64,000 bases of DNA from Octopus vulgaris (taxonomy: Eukaryota): NCBI GenBank assembly GCA_951406725.2, contig OX597817.1:121582001-121646000 (forward strand), written 5' to 3'. How positions within the stretch are numbered: the stretch's first letter is position 1; each line of letters begins with the position of its first letter. The translations under genes and the position numbers were made by a program. The notes under the pieces were generated by a model. That model was not told where the DNA came from and ran no database searches. It worked only from the letters and a program-made list of their open reading frames with translations. Positions 38,451 to 51,217 of this stretch are shown piece by piece.

Positions 38451-39226
38451 AACACTGGCGGTGATAGACAGTAGTCGAAGCTGCAACTGAATAATTCTTG
38501 ATTGCAGTAGTGAATAAATTCGCTTCAACTAGTAGCTGCCAAAATCATGAAGTGAAATAGTACATATTGTGGTGAGGGATTCACTGTCGGTAGTGACGAT
38601 AAGCATTCGATCAATTGAATTTTCGTTCATGATATGAACATAGAAGCAGTTGAGTATTTTACCGATGCGTTTATGTACAACGTAATTCTCAGACCATATC
38701 AGTGTGACATTGTGACAAGAACTAACCTTTGAACTGGAAAGATATGTAGAGAGGGAAGGAGGGAGAGATAGAAAGAGAGAGAAAGAGGGGAAGGAAGGAC
38801 GGGAATAATAGAAATAAAGCAAAAGGAATAGAGAGAGAGAGAGAGAGAGATAGAGAGGAAGAGAGAGAGGGAGGGAGAGAGAGAGAGAGTGTGTGTGTGT
38901 GTATGTGTGCACGCGTGCGTGTGTGAAAAGATCAAGAACAGACTTGTACATTATTGCTCCTAAACTGACTCCAGCAGGATTTAAAGTCAGTGCATGGACT
39001 GTCGGAACTAATACCACACAATATTCTCTCTGATGTCTCAACGAGTAAATCTCGTAAGTATATCTGGAAAGAAATGATCAATTCTTCTTTACTACTCATT
39101 CAGGGTGTTATTACATAACTCATTATATGCCCCTGTTGAAAATTAAATCCAGAAGTTATGAGCATTGATAAATTTCTGCTAATATTAAGATGTTTGCTAT
39201 TTGTAGCGTCTTTGTCATTGAGATAA

Positions 39227-39337
39227 TATTTATTTCCATCTAAACATGAATGTTCTGTTAGAACAAACTTTTACTATCTACCGCAGAAAAAGCTTGATTT
39301 AACTAGCAGAACATTCACGTTTAAGCTGGAATAAATA
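39227..39337. repeat. Imperfect inverted repeat, about 35-bp arms
   Basis: TATTTATTTCCATCTAAACATGAATGTTCTGTTAG versus CTAGCAGAACATTCACGTTTAAGCTGGAATAAATA. Confidence 0.8.
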
Positions 39338-39864
39338 CTTACTAATTATTTCTGTGTTTGGTGCGATTTCAGTAGTTATATTCCTCTGAGTTTATTTCTT
39401 TAGTACTATATAGCTGTGTCTGCTTTATTGAATACACTGAAAATGACAAGCTTTTCTTTCATGTCTGTCTTTAATCTATTCATTTTCTATTTCATATTCT
39501 TGCGTTCTGATATGCCTATCAAGAGTGATATCGGCGAGTATACACTTTACTCTGTAAATATTGTCGCTGCTGCTCGGTAACTAATGTGGTTGCTGCTGAT
39601 CATATTTGTTCAACCTGCTGCTGTAGATGATCATATCACTTTCTACATGACTGCCATGGCTAAATTTGCAATTTTTATTGTTGTTGCTATTTTATCGTTG
39701 AAGTTAATTATCAGGAGGTACTTTTGTTGTCCACAAGATAATATCTTTGATTTTAATTCCTTAATTATTTCCGACTTTAGATTATTTAACTTTGAGAATT
39801 CATTTTTAAAAGTCAGCTAATTTATCGAAATATTTACTTTTTCATTAAATTTTTATATGAAGAT

Positions 39865-40030
39865 TCATCATCGTCATCACCGTCGTCGTCGTCATCATCA
39901 TCATCATCATCATCATTAGTAGTTCTTTTTTAGTTTTGTTTCCATTCTTGCCGAGTGTCTTCTCCGAGGGTAGGCCAGGGATAATTCTCAGATAATTTTT
40001 TTTGCTCCTGTTTTTATCAACCCTAGTGCT
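39865..40030 (-). mobile_element. Dong/R4-like 3' fragment with (TGA)n tail
   Basis: Minus translation ALGLIKTGAKK then, after a frameshift, YLRIIPGLPS (GALGxIxK...IPG motif after the RLE domain). Short UTR, then TAATGATGATGA... Confidence 0.55.
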
Positions 40031-40549
40031 TTATTATTATTGAGTGAAAGAGTAGTGTATGCTATCAAAGTGACACGAGTAAAATATACGAAGCCCAGTA
40101 TACCCATCATGATTATCCGTCTCATAAGGGTAGACGGGGCACATGCATCACAACCATATGTGTGCGACAAGGTGATCTCATATCAAGATAAACAGCGCAT
40201 GACCTTGCAGGTGGTGCTTAGTTATAATTTTCTTCAGGTTGATTAACCCATCCCATTCAAAAGGTCCCTGAATGAGGATTGTTTAAGGATGTTGAATGAA
40301 ACACCGATGTTTCCTCTAAACACATGGCTATGATGCTCCCCAACTACTTCTGCTCGTGATCAGTGATGCACATATAAGGCATTAAGGGAATTCTGGTTTG
40401 CCATTGGTTATGGTCAAACAACTGACAAGCAAATCTGTGGTATTGAGCAGAATATTTACTGTAGCCCATCTTTTATACCAAGACAAAACAATGTACCTGA
40501 TAAGACTTCCAATCAGTTAAGATCAGAAGCCACGAGAGCCACTGCCTGG

Positions 40550-40551
<2 letters not shown>
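40031..40551 (-). mobile_element. Non-coding retroposon or 3' UTR ending in (TAA)n
   Basis: Complex sequence of about 520 bp bounded by triplet repeats; the minus strand ends CTCTTTCACTC-AATAATAATAA. Confidence 0.45.
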
Positions 40552-40620
<69 letters not shown>

Positions 40621-40790
40621 ATTATTATTATTATTATCATTATTATAATATTTTTGCTTTTGCTTTGTATTTGTACAAGTTGACTCCAAGTCTCACCCAG
40701 AGACCTCAAGAGACAACAAGTTAGAAGTTCAACTTGGCGTTATGACTAGGGTGCCAAATATTGGGTTTTGCACAGGGTATTGTTCTAGAG
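40552..40790 (-). mobile_element. Retroposon 3' end with (TAA)n then (TAG)n tail
   Basis: Minus GTCTCTTGAGGTCTCTGGGTGAGACTTGGAG...A-rich...ATAATAATGATAATAATAATAATAAG(TAG)n. Confidence 0.45.
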
Positions 40791-41984
40791 AATATCTGTG
40801 AAAACATAAGTAAATTAGAAGTTTGTTCAAAAAAGTAATTGGATTATAAGATGATAGTCCGATGTTAAGATGACGGTAAAAGGTGTTTGCTGTTAAAGGC
40901 AGCTAGCTGGCACTATCGTGAGTACGACGGGCAAAGCTCTTAGTGGCATTTTGCTCATGTCTATGTTCTGAGATAGATATTACAACAATGCTATTAATGT
41001 AACAGTTTATCGAGTTAAGAATATATAATTAATATATCAAACTTCTGCATTGCTTATATCATATCATTCTTTTCTTTAGATATAGTGTCTAAAATACTTA
41101 ACTCTTAAGGATTATTCAGAATAAAAACTGGTACGATGTTATCTGATTTTATTAACATTATATCTCACTCTCTTAGACAGTTATTTTGATGTCCTCTCAA
41201 GCGTATCTACGACAATAGAGATAACACTTACGGACATATAACGTTTTGAATTTACTCATTTATAACTATAGTCTAATGATTTTCAATTTTGTGCTTCAGT
41301 TACTTTGTCGATGATATACGTTATACACAAATCAATGATCTAGAAATTGTTGCTTTAGTTGTTAATTATAATTGTATCTAATGTCTATTCTTGAGTAAAC
41401 CCACAATATTTTATAATACTACTAACTTTAAATCTCTTTTGAATGTAAATTTCTTATTAACTATCCAGAGTATCATCCCTCTACAATGTATCATATATTT
41501 CATTTTATTATTTTTGCGTCACCATGCTACACCCTATTTAATCACATATTTGAAACTTGTTACTTTCTTAGTTTGAGTCTATCCCCAAAATCTTTGTCTG
41601 GATAACTTACTACGAGGAACCTGTTGCTAAGGTTTCAGATGCTTTTTGTAGTTCTCTACCATCCAGCTTCTTCTAGCTTTTCTATGAGCATGACAAACTA
41701 CCCATGCGAAAATCTTCATTTCTGGTTTGCCATCCGTTGTTTTTTCCTTTAATTTCTATTCATTTCTAGGTCCTTTTCCCTTAACATTGCGTTTATTGGT
41801 TGCTCATCTCTTCAAGTATAGGTGCATTACTTTGAGAAAGTGCCTGCTCTGGTTTCCTCTATTTTTTTTTCTTTATCCCACTTTCTCTCTCGCTCTTTTC
41901 CTCTCCCTACAACTAATCACGTGAAAGCGTTACAGACGTAGGAACAAGCAGAATTATTATTAGATATTTGCCCCGAGATATGGA

Positions 41985-42492
41985 CACTGAGTTCCTGAGG
42001 GGGATAAGGACATGATGGAAGACTTTTGCATCAAGAAGAAAGTGCTCAAAGCAATGTTGGACAAGACCCTATGTGACAGCTTCTTCAATAGCACCATCCA
42101 ACCTGCGATCTTGTGGGATACTATGAAGGAAAGAACACCGATTGGCTACGACGTAAAGGACCACAGGAAAATAAATACTCGAAATATCATTGCTAGACCA
42201 CAGCCGAGATAAGCCAATCTGAGAACGGAACTGAGGGAATGTATTATCGTAGAATATTAAAACGCACAAATTCCCATAGACGTATCACAAGCTTCACATA
42301 CAACACGTGTACCTGTGCTGTTACCGTATTTAAGAGATCAGGAAAGGCCACCCGGAAGGTTTACATGACGGAAAAACGATTTAGTTAAATAGTGCGGGCG
42401 AAAGAGGAAAAGTGGGACGCAATCAAGAAAGAATTGGAAGCGCATTGTGGAGAACGGTGTATAACAGCAACCGATAGCCCCGACGATATAAT

Positions 42493-42495
<3 letters not shown>
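41985..42495 (+). mobile_element. Probable LINE 3'-terminal fragment
   Basis: Coding-like purine-rich sequence with interrupted frames ending at (CA)n. The last about 55 bp resemble the SINE tail at 714-765. Confidence 0.4.
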
Positions 42496-42567
<72 letters not shown>

Positions 42568-42674
42568 CTCTGAGCGAGATGTAAACAGTAGCATCACATT
42601 GTGAAGTATATATATTTGTCACCTAAATGTGGCAAATATACTCCTTTTGAAATGACGATAATTATCTATCCATG

Positions 42675-42749
<75 letters not shown>

Positions 42750-44308
42750 ATATCTATCTATATAATAAGTATATATATGTATATATGTATATGTATATAT
42801 AGGTGTATATATATATATGTATATATATATATGTGTGTATATATATATGTATATATGTATATATATATGTATATATGTATATATATATATATATATATGT
42901 ATATATGTGAGAGAGAGAGAGAGAGAGAGAGAAAGAACGAGAGTAAGATTGCAATGGGAGAAATAAAGAATATCATTTATAGCAGGTGTTTATATATCAT
43001 TTATATTAAGTCATATCAAAATACTATTATATTACTAGTATATGTTGACACACCGATACAGTTGTTAACTACCAAAACCCTTTAGTTTTGATACAATAAG
43101 AACTTTAGATACACTCGTACGAAAAGAATTTGTAAAGAGATGCAAATGTGTATTCACGACTGATGTATAAATATGATACATTAATTTTTATTAATAATTC
43201 TAGATAAGCTTCATTTGTGATGGATGAGGCCTCTTGATTCCATACGTTACTACAAATTTTGCGCTTCTTCCTTGGGGCTTCTTCAATTATAATATATTGC
43301 TTTCAAAATACACTTGAAATTCTTTAATATTGCATTTACTCTTCGTTTTCTAATACAAAAATAACACAAGAAATAAAGTTTGAATATTATAACAACATTA
43401 TTATTGACAGCACATTCATTTAACAATTCCGACAAGGAAAATCTCCTTGTTGGCGAAAATGTAGCAAAGAAAAGAAGCTTTTATAGGTTAATTTCATGTA
43501 AATTATTAAATATTTGAAAGAACCAAACGCATTTCTGTGTATGTTATAATTTTTAAAATTCATTTCATTATAAGTTTTGTGGAACAAGCTAAAGAAAATT
43601 TAAAGGCGTCGATACGTGCAGAATGTTCATTTTTTTATGTCAAAAGAAATCATGATACATTACTGCTTCAATATGAACAAATAAAGCAACTTGGTTGAAT
43701 AGACGTCGTAGCAGCAACCCAAATGATAGCTCAATAAAGTGTTTCACGCTAAGATATTGATCGCCAGCTTAATTAATGTCGCATTTGAATTGCCTCAATG
43801 AACAAAAGCAACGTACTATTGAAAATAAACATGTCTAATAATGAATTACAAGTTATCACTGATTAAATTTTAATTATTTACTACTGATTTGCTTAACAGA
43901 TTTAAATAATTGTTACTGAAATGTTATAAATTCAAAGACGTTAATTTAAATTTGGATAGAAATCTCACAATCGAAATTGAAAATTTAAGAAATGTTTGAC
44001 ATCCATTATATGTTTAGATGAATAGAATAATAATCAGAGAGAGACAAAAGAATATATCAATACCAGGGTTAATTTAAAATTTGTTGTAATGACGGACTCA
44101 ATATTTTCCTTTTGCTATTTCTCACAACGACACGTGTTTGATGGGACTAGTGTGTATGTGTGTGTGCCAGTGTGTGCCTGTGTTCATCAGTGTATGAAAA
44201 AAAGAACAATTCTTCGCAGACCATTTTATCAACACATGAACTGACTGAGCAAAGGCTTATTATCTTTCCTTTTCACATCCCCTCTCTCTGCAACAGTCTC
44301 TAAGTATG

Positions 44309-44382
<74 letters not shown>

Positions 44383-44757
44383 ATTCACTATATATCAATA
44401 TCATATATATATATGATATTGATATATGGACATAAATGTATCTATTTATCAATATCTTATATGTATATATATAATCGCATGAATGCGTATAAACATATTC
44501 ATAAAAGTATACTTTATAAATTCATCTATGGCTATATCATATTATAGATCATGTATATAGATATTTAGCCAATATTTTATGCCAGAACGAATGTAAATAT
44601 ATTCGTCATAACAATGTGACGGTTAAAATTTATAGCACATTATCGCAATGAAACGTAGCACAGTTACAGCAGCATAAAAATTAACTGTATATTACATATA
44701 TACCTATATTCATATACATACACACTTATATATCATATATATCCATACATAGATATC

Positions 44758-44795
<38 letters not shown>

Positions 44796-44796
44796 C

Positions 44797-44876
<80 letters not shown>

Positions 44877-44916
44877 AAAGGTTGAAAAGGAACACACGAG
44901 TTGATATGAGTAAAGT

Positions 44917-45008
44917 GAGTCTCTTTACTAGTTCGTTGCCTACTGGTTGTATCGTTCCCGAATTCAGGGACGATACACCCAGTAGGCAACGAATTAGTAA
45001 AGAGACTC
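44917..45008. repeat. Spacerless 92-bp palindrome centred on GAATTC
   Basis: 46-bp arms with 4 mismatches; centre at 44962/44963. Confidence 0.95.
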
Positions 45009-45430
45009 TTTATTACAAAATACAGACACCTTTTGAACGACATATCCACCACGGTCTTAGAATAACACAAACACACACGAAAATATTAAAAATAACACAC
45101 TCAAGAGATTCCCAAGAATTCATTAATCCTAATCACTGCTATAATCCATAACGAGTCACTTTTAGGTCACTTGATCATTTAACACCTTATTACTATCATA
45201 CTACCTACATTCCTTCCTATTCTCCCTTATCTTTCTTCTTCTCCTTCTTCTTCGTCTCCGCCACCTCCTTCCTAAATTTACCACTATTGCTGTGGTAAGA
45301 TTAACACTTTGCAAATTTTATAAACATTCAAAAGATGTGTTCCTAGAACTCAATCACTAACACCATCCACAAGGGGTGACTTTCAGGGCACTTGATCTTT
45401 TAATATACTACTATCATGACACTCCCGCAT

Positions 45431-45502
45431 TCTTCTTCTTCTTCTTCTTCTTCTTCTTCTTCTTCTTCTTCTTCTTCTTCTTCTTCTTCTTCTTCTTCTT
45501 CT
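45431..45502. repeat. (TTC)n microsatellite
   Basis: Direct inspection. Confidence 0.97.
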
Positions 45503-46049
45503 CCTCCTTCCTTGCCAAGAATTCACAAGGACCTCGAACTCACAAGAGTAAACAAGAGAGACAGAGACAGGCAGAAACAAGGAAAATGCCACTTGCATTT
45601 GAACACTATGCTAACATTCTTTTAAAGTAATTTACTTTTAATTTTTCCAAAATTTAATTGTTTTTCTATACTTACAGTTGAAAAAATCTCAATCACTGAA
45701 ACCGGTACTGAAATGTTTTTTTATAAAATTATTTTAGCATTTCCTACATTGACTTTTTTCCATACACACACACACATACATATATCTATATATACGCAAA
45801 ATACTTATATGCCTGCATAGATATCAAAGGGCATATGTATATGCTAATTCATAATGTACACCTATTTGTATTGTATGTGTTATATTTGGAACAGCTGTAT
45901 AGATCTATTTACAACCTGTAAATATAGGTAACATCTCATATGGATACATCCATTACATCTACAATTTCTCTTTGTCTTTTAGCATATATATACACACACA
46001 GACACTCACACACACACGCACACACACGTGCGTACATATATATATATTT

Positions 46050-46237
46050 ATTTGTTTCAGTTATTTGACTGAGGCCAAGATGGAGCACCGCCTGTAGTCG
46101 AGCAAATCGATTGCAGGACTTATTTTTTGTAAGCCTAGTTCTATCCGTCTTTCTTGCCGAACCGCTAAATGACGGGGATGTAAACACACCACCATCAGTT
46201 GTCAAGTGATGTTGTGGGGACAAACACAAATACACAA

Positions 46238-46282
<45 letters not shown>

Positions 46283-46410
46283 CAAAGGGTTTCTTTCAGT
46301 TCCCGTCTACTAAATCCACTCACAAGTCTTTGGTCGGGCCGAGGCTATAGAAGACACTTGCCCAAGGTGCCACGCAGCGGGACTGAACACGGAACCATGT
46401 GGTTTGTAAC
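46050..46410 (-). mobile_element. SINE family A, head truncated at the Helitron-like element
   Basis: Collinear with 13111-13450; similarity stops at GGAACCATGTGGTTTGTAA. Confidence 0.88.
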
Positions 46411-46413
46411 ATA

Positions 46414-47160
46414 TCTCTCTATATATAAAACTGATAAAGTGTGACTGTCTGTGTGTCTGTGTGTTTCCCTAAAACTTGAGAACTACACAACCAATTTCAT
46501 TCAAATTTTACACATACCTTACTAAAGTCCGGGGAGTGTTATCGGCAAAAAATGTTAACTTTTTCCCTATGGCGACCTCACAGCAATATCATATCTTCTC
46601 CATTATTTCAGTATTACGTGTTAAAAGTGAAATAAAAACATCTCTCTTTTGTAATGCAGACACTTTCACTATTAAAGTGAAAGTATTATATAACAGGGAT
46701 GAACCATTAACAATGGTCATCCATTTTGCTAGAAGAAGATCCGCTATGGTCTTATATGCTACACCTCTGGTTTTCAATTCATATTAATCAAATGAATATT
46801 CAATTTTTCACCCTTATTATGTGTGTGTGTGTATTAGCAATTCGTATAAAATTGCATCAATGACTTGAACTTGAATTTTGAAAAATTTTTCGAAAATTTT
46901 CCCTAAAATTCTTGAAAAATTTTTTGAAAATTTTCCCCAAAAAGTTTTTAAAATTTTTCGAAAATTTTCCCAAAAACTTTTGAAAAATTTTTGAAAAATT
47001 TTTTGAAAATTATTTGAAAATTTTCCCCAAAAATTTTTGAAAAATTTTTCGAAAATTTTCCCAAAAGTTTCTGAAAAATGTTTTGAAAATTATTTGAAAA
47101 TTTTCCCAGAAATTTTTGAAAAATTTTTCGAAAATTTTCCCAAAAATTTCTGAAAAATGT
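46414..47160 (+). mobile_element. Non-autonomous Helitron-like element (5' end clear, 3' end not found)
   Basis: A|TCTCTCTATATATAAAA start, short GTCT/GT repeats and CTACACAACCAATTTCATTCAAATTTTAC, the typical layout of non-autonomous Helitron 5' ends. Confidence 0.6.
46875..47160. repeat. Minisatellite of about 35-bp units built from about 12-bp TTTTGAAAA-type subunits
   Basis: GAAAATTTTCCC recurs about every 35 bp, separated by TTTTGAAAAATTTTT. Confidence 0.9.
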
Positions 47161-48653
47161 TTATGCATGTATATATATACGCATATATACATGTACATAT
47201 TTTTTATTTATAAAGAATATGAGAGGTTTAGTTCACTGGTGATTTAAACAAATAGGTTCAGTGTGTAAGTTCTATAGTTGCTCCCCCATTAAGTTCAAAG
47301 TTAACAGCCGAGTCTTGAGTTATATAAACAACTTCCGTACTCCCACACACGCACACACACACACACACACTCACATTTATTTTGAGGTATCTATATACTT
47401 ATACCTATAGTGTATTCATTCAAACATATACGCACATTCATCCGTACATATACTCAAAATATTTACACAACACGCACCAATATATCTAGACACAGGGTGC
47501 GTCTTTGCATATATCTAATTCTGTAAGCTTCTGTCAGCCTTGGGAACAAGTTTGATCGACTCACTTTTAGGTGACTATAAAAGAGTATGATAGAGTGCAA
47601 TGGTATAGATAGAATTTGAGTATCAAATCCATCTATACCGATGAAATATATATGTGTATATTAATATAAGAATTCGGTCCTGTTGCGGGACATACGTATA
47701 CTTTCAAATGCTAAAAACTTTGAGAAGAACATTTGGAATCACTAGGTACCATGACTACCGGAAAATGGAAACCATACTTAAATTACAAGTATGGGAATAT
47801 TTATAATTCTTTATGCATTAAAAATATTGCAATGCATTCTTAGCCACAAGCGTATAAAAATTTTGGATCTAGACAGATGTTATGTGTGTAAATTGTCTAT
47901 GTAGCATATAATACGAAAGTATCAAGTAAAAAAATAATATCAATTGGGAAAACAAAATAACTATTTCTCACTCCAGAAAAGAAAGTGAATGACATCGATG
48001 TTATTCTTTATGAAAGAGCTTTAAGTTTTTCGCTTGCAGAGAATCATATAACCATTACAAGTGAAATTACTATATTTTCCTTTGTCGTAATGCTGTTTTT
48101 ATCATGTGAAAGTGAGTCATAACTGAAGCAAAGGCAGTCATATGGTTTCCAGCGAAAGCCTGAGAAATGATTATCATGAACATACAAGTTGTATGTTCAT
48201 TCATAAAAAATGGCGATGAAATAATTGAGGTTGATATTTAACCTGAGACCTAGTTAAAACGAATCGTCCTCGAATGACGTGAGAATACTTTTAAAATGTA
48301 TCATAGATGAACTGTTTATAATTGAATTTCCTTATTCAGTTTTACTCATAGGCATGCGTATTGATCATATACATGAATATCAGGTATTCAAAATGTAAAT
48401 AAGAACAACTGAAACCGTGACGAGATAAATGTTCAATGATAGGAAACAGACGATAAGCATGACGAAGAAAACTTTCAAATCGATCAAAGTTAAAATGAGC
48501 AAACATTTTCGGCATGAATATTAATGTTACATCTATACGATACAATCAATGCACAAAACTATAAGACAAAAGTTTTCATATGAAAAATCACGAATATGCC
48601 TCTGTCTATCTGTCTCACTCTCTCTTTCTCCCTCTTCATACACACACACTTAC

Positions 48654-48689
<36 letters not shown>

Positions 48690-48697
48690 GACTGTAC

Positions 48698-48729
<32 letters not shown>

Positions 48730-49711
48730 CCATAAATATTTACAGCTATATATAAATATCTCTGTATATGTATATATTCATATGATTATATGTTCATGTA
48801 TAAATATGTGTGTATAGGAAGGTATGTATGCATGTATATATATACACATACATAACTATATATATATATATATGTTTGTGCGTGTGTGTGCGTGTGTGTG
48901 TGTGTAAGTATTCAGGTGTATCTATATACACATATAAGCTTTTGCACATATTCATGATACCACTGAAAACAACGGGGTAATAACGACTTCAGTTGCTCAC
49001 AAATCTTACTACAGCATACGCATATCATACTTATGCATCCAAACACCCTAGCCCTCATTAGTATAACGTCGCATACAAGCGAGAAACTCCCACATATAGA
49101 GGTTGCACAAAACTACTTCCCTTTTGGTATCAGAGGATAGAAACATCATTCCTTCAGGGCCACTGCCTGTCATTCATACTCTGCCTCTCTTAATATGATT
49201 GATGCAGAGGAAAAGCACGACATTTTTTCTCATTTCCACTACATTCTCTACACTTTTCTTTTCTGCTTCTCTGTCACTTATGTCCCTAACATTCTGTATA
49301 TATATATACTTTTTATCTTATATTAAACTTTTTAATAATTTATGATAGTTATATATAAAAATAAAAATAAAAATAAAAAATAAATTTTAAAAATATATAA
49401 TATATATATATATATATAAATATATATATATTTATATATATATATATATAAATTTATAAGTATTAATTAATAATTTAAAAAAAAAAAAATTTTAACTTTA
49501 AACTTAAATAATTTAAATTTAAAATTTTTTATATCTTATATATTTTGTATATTATATTAATTATTTCTATGTTCTGGTTTATGTTTTTCATTGTTTGATT
49601 TGCCTAATAGTGGTTTTATCTCTAATTTAATATATATATATTTATACTGTAAACTTAGATTTAATCCTAAATCTAATTTTTCCCTGTAAGTTGGGATTTA
49701 CTCCCTAATAT

Positions 49712-49745
<34 letters not shown>

Positions 49746-50299
49746 CATGTGTATGTATATATATATATATGTTTGTAGGTAGGTTAGCTGAGTTAGAGGT
49801 TAAAATAACTTCTAAGGGATAAAAGTATCCATTATACTACCGGTATGTGGCCTATGATTAACCATTGGCAAACACATGCAAGCATATTATGTTCATACAT
49901 TATAGGTAAATACAAGGATAAGCATGAGTTTATCAAGAATAAAACTTTAAAGAAAACAGAACACGGAGAAATATTGATGAACAACAATTGAGTTGCATTA
50001 ATTATTATGTATTAATTCAATGCAAATGCAATCTATTTGTATTGAATTAATAAACAATAGTTGGTATAAGTCATTTGTTGTTCATCAATATTTCTCCATT
50101 TTGTTTTCTTTGTGTGTATGTAAGTGTGTATGCATGTATGTATGTATGCATGTATATATGTATATATATATATATATACATACACACACACACACATATA
50201 TATATATATATGTGTGTGTGTATATAATTATACATACATACGTACATACGTACATACATACATATATATATATATATGTGTGAATGTATGTATATATTT

Positions 50300-50777
50300 A
50301 TATATAAAAAATATAAAACTGGGAAAAGAGCATTAGATTCCTTGGAAGAAAGCAGTGAATGTATACGGAAACAAGGTCGGTAAAAATCGGAGAACATAAC
50401 ACAAATGCAAATAACAGGACATAACAAAAGGTGTCTTTCGACTAAGGATGAATTAAATTAAGCTGGCGTGTGTGGAAGTAAAGCCTTACGGCAGGGACAT
50501 AAGATTTCACAGGCAGAGGGAGGAATATAGATATTTCACAGATAGTAGTCGAACCAAGAAAGTAAGGTCAGGCCTGGCCGAACACCGGTCACTTGAAGAG
50601 AGAAGAGAGGGAGGTAGTGGCAGAGGGATAGAAGAATTAAGGAGGGGCGAGAAAAAAAGAAAGGGACACAGTGAAGTGAAAGAGGAGGGAAAGTCAGCAT
50701 GAAGAGAAGGCCAGGAAAGTGTGAAAGGGATGACAGAAGGAAGGAATGAAAGAATAGAAAGAATAATAGTGTCGTAC

Positions 50778-50853
<76 letters not shown>

Positions 50854-51035
50854 TTACATATAGGAGACTAAAGTGTACATATGTCGCTACATTTTTCTGT
50901 ATATAAAAAATACAAAAATGGGACAAGAACGCAAAACATCCAGACAGTTAGGAGATAGAAAAAAGGGACAACAAAAAATCCATATAGACGATACAAAGAA
51001 AACAAGGACAGTCCATTTGGAGTTTTCTTTAAATA
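50300..51035 (-). mobile_element. Penelope-like terminal fragments related to 17075-17762
   Basis: Minus CCTTGTTTCCGTATACATTC...TTCCAAGGAATCTAATGCTC matches 17107-17152. A second terminus at about 50900-51030 has CAAATGGACTGTCCTTG, similar to CGAATGACCCGTCCG. Confidence 0.45.
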
Positions 51036-51160
51036 AACCGAGGAAAATAGATACCTACGTATCTAATCGTCCACTGGGTCCACACTTACATACCCAAATA
51101 TGCAGAGAATGCCTTACAAATTGCATGGGTGTATATTAAATTTATAAAAATGAATAGAAA

Positions 51161-51217
<57 letters not shown>

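Noticed and set aside
46875-47160. CRISPR-like regular repeats
   Set aside because: No unique spacers, eukaryotic context and no cas genes; it is a minisatellite.
48176-48200. Small perfect palindrome ATGAACATACAA-G-TTGTATGTTCAT (similar small ones at about 44390-44428 and 59915-59950)
   Set aside because: Short and AT-rich, with no supporting context.
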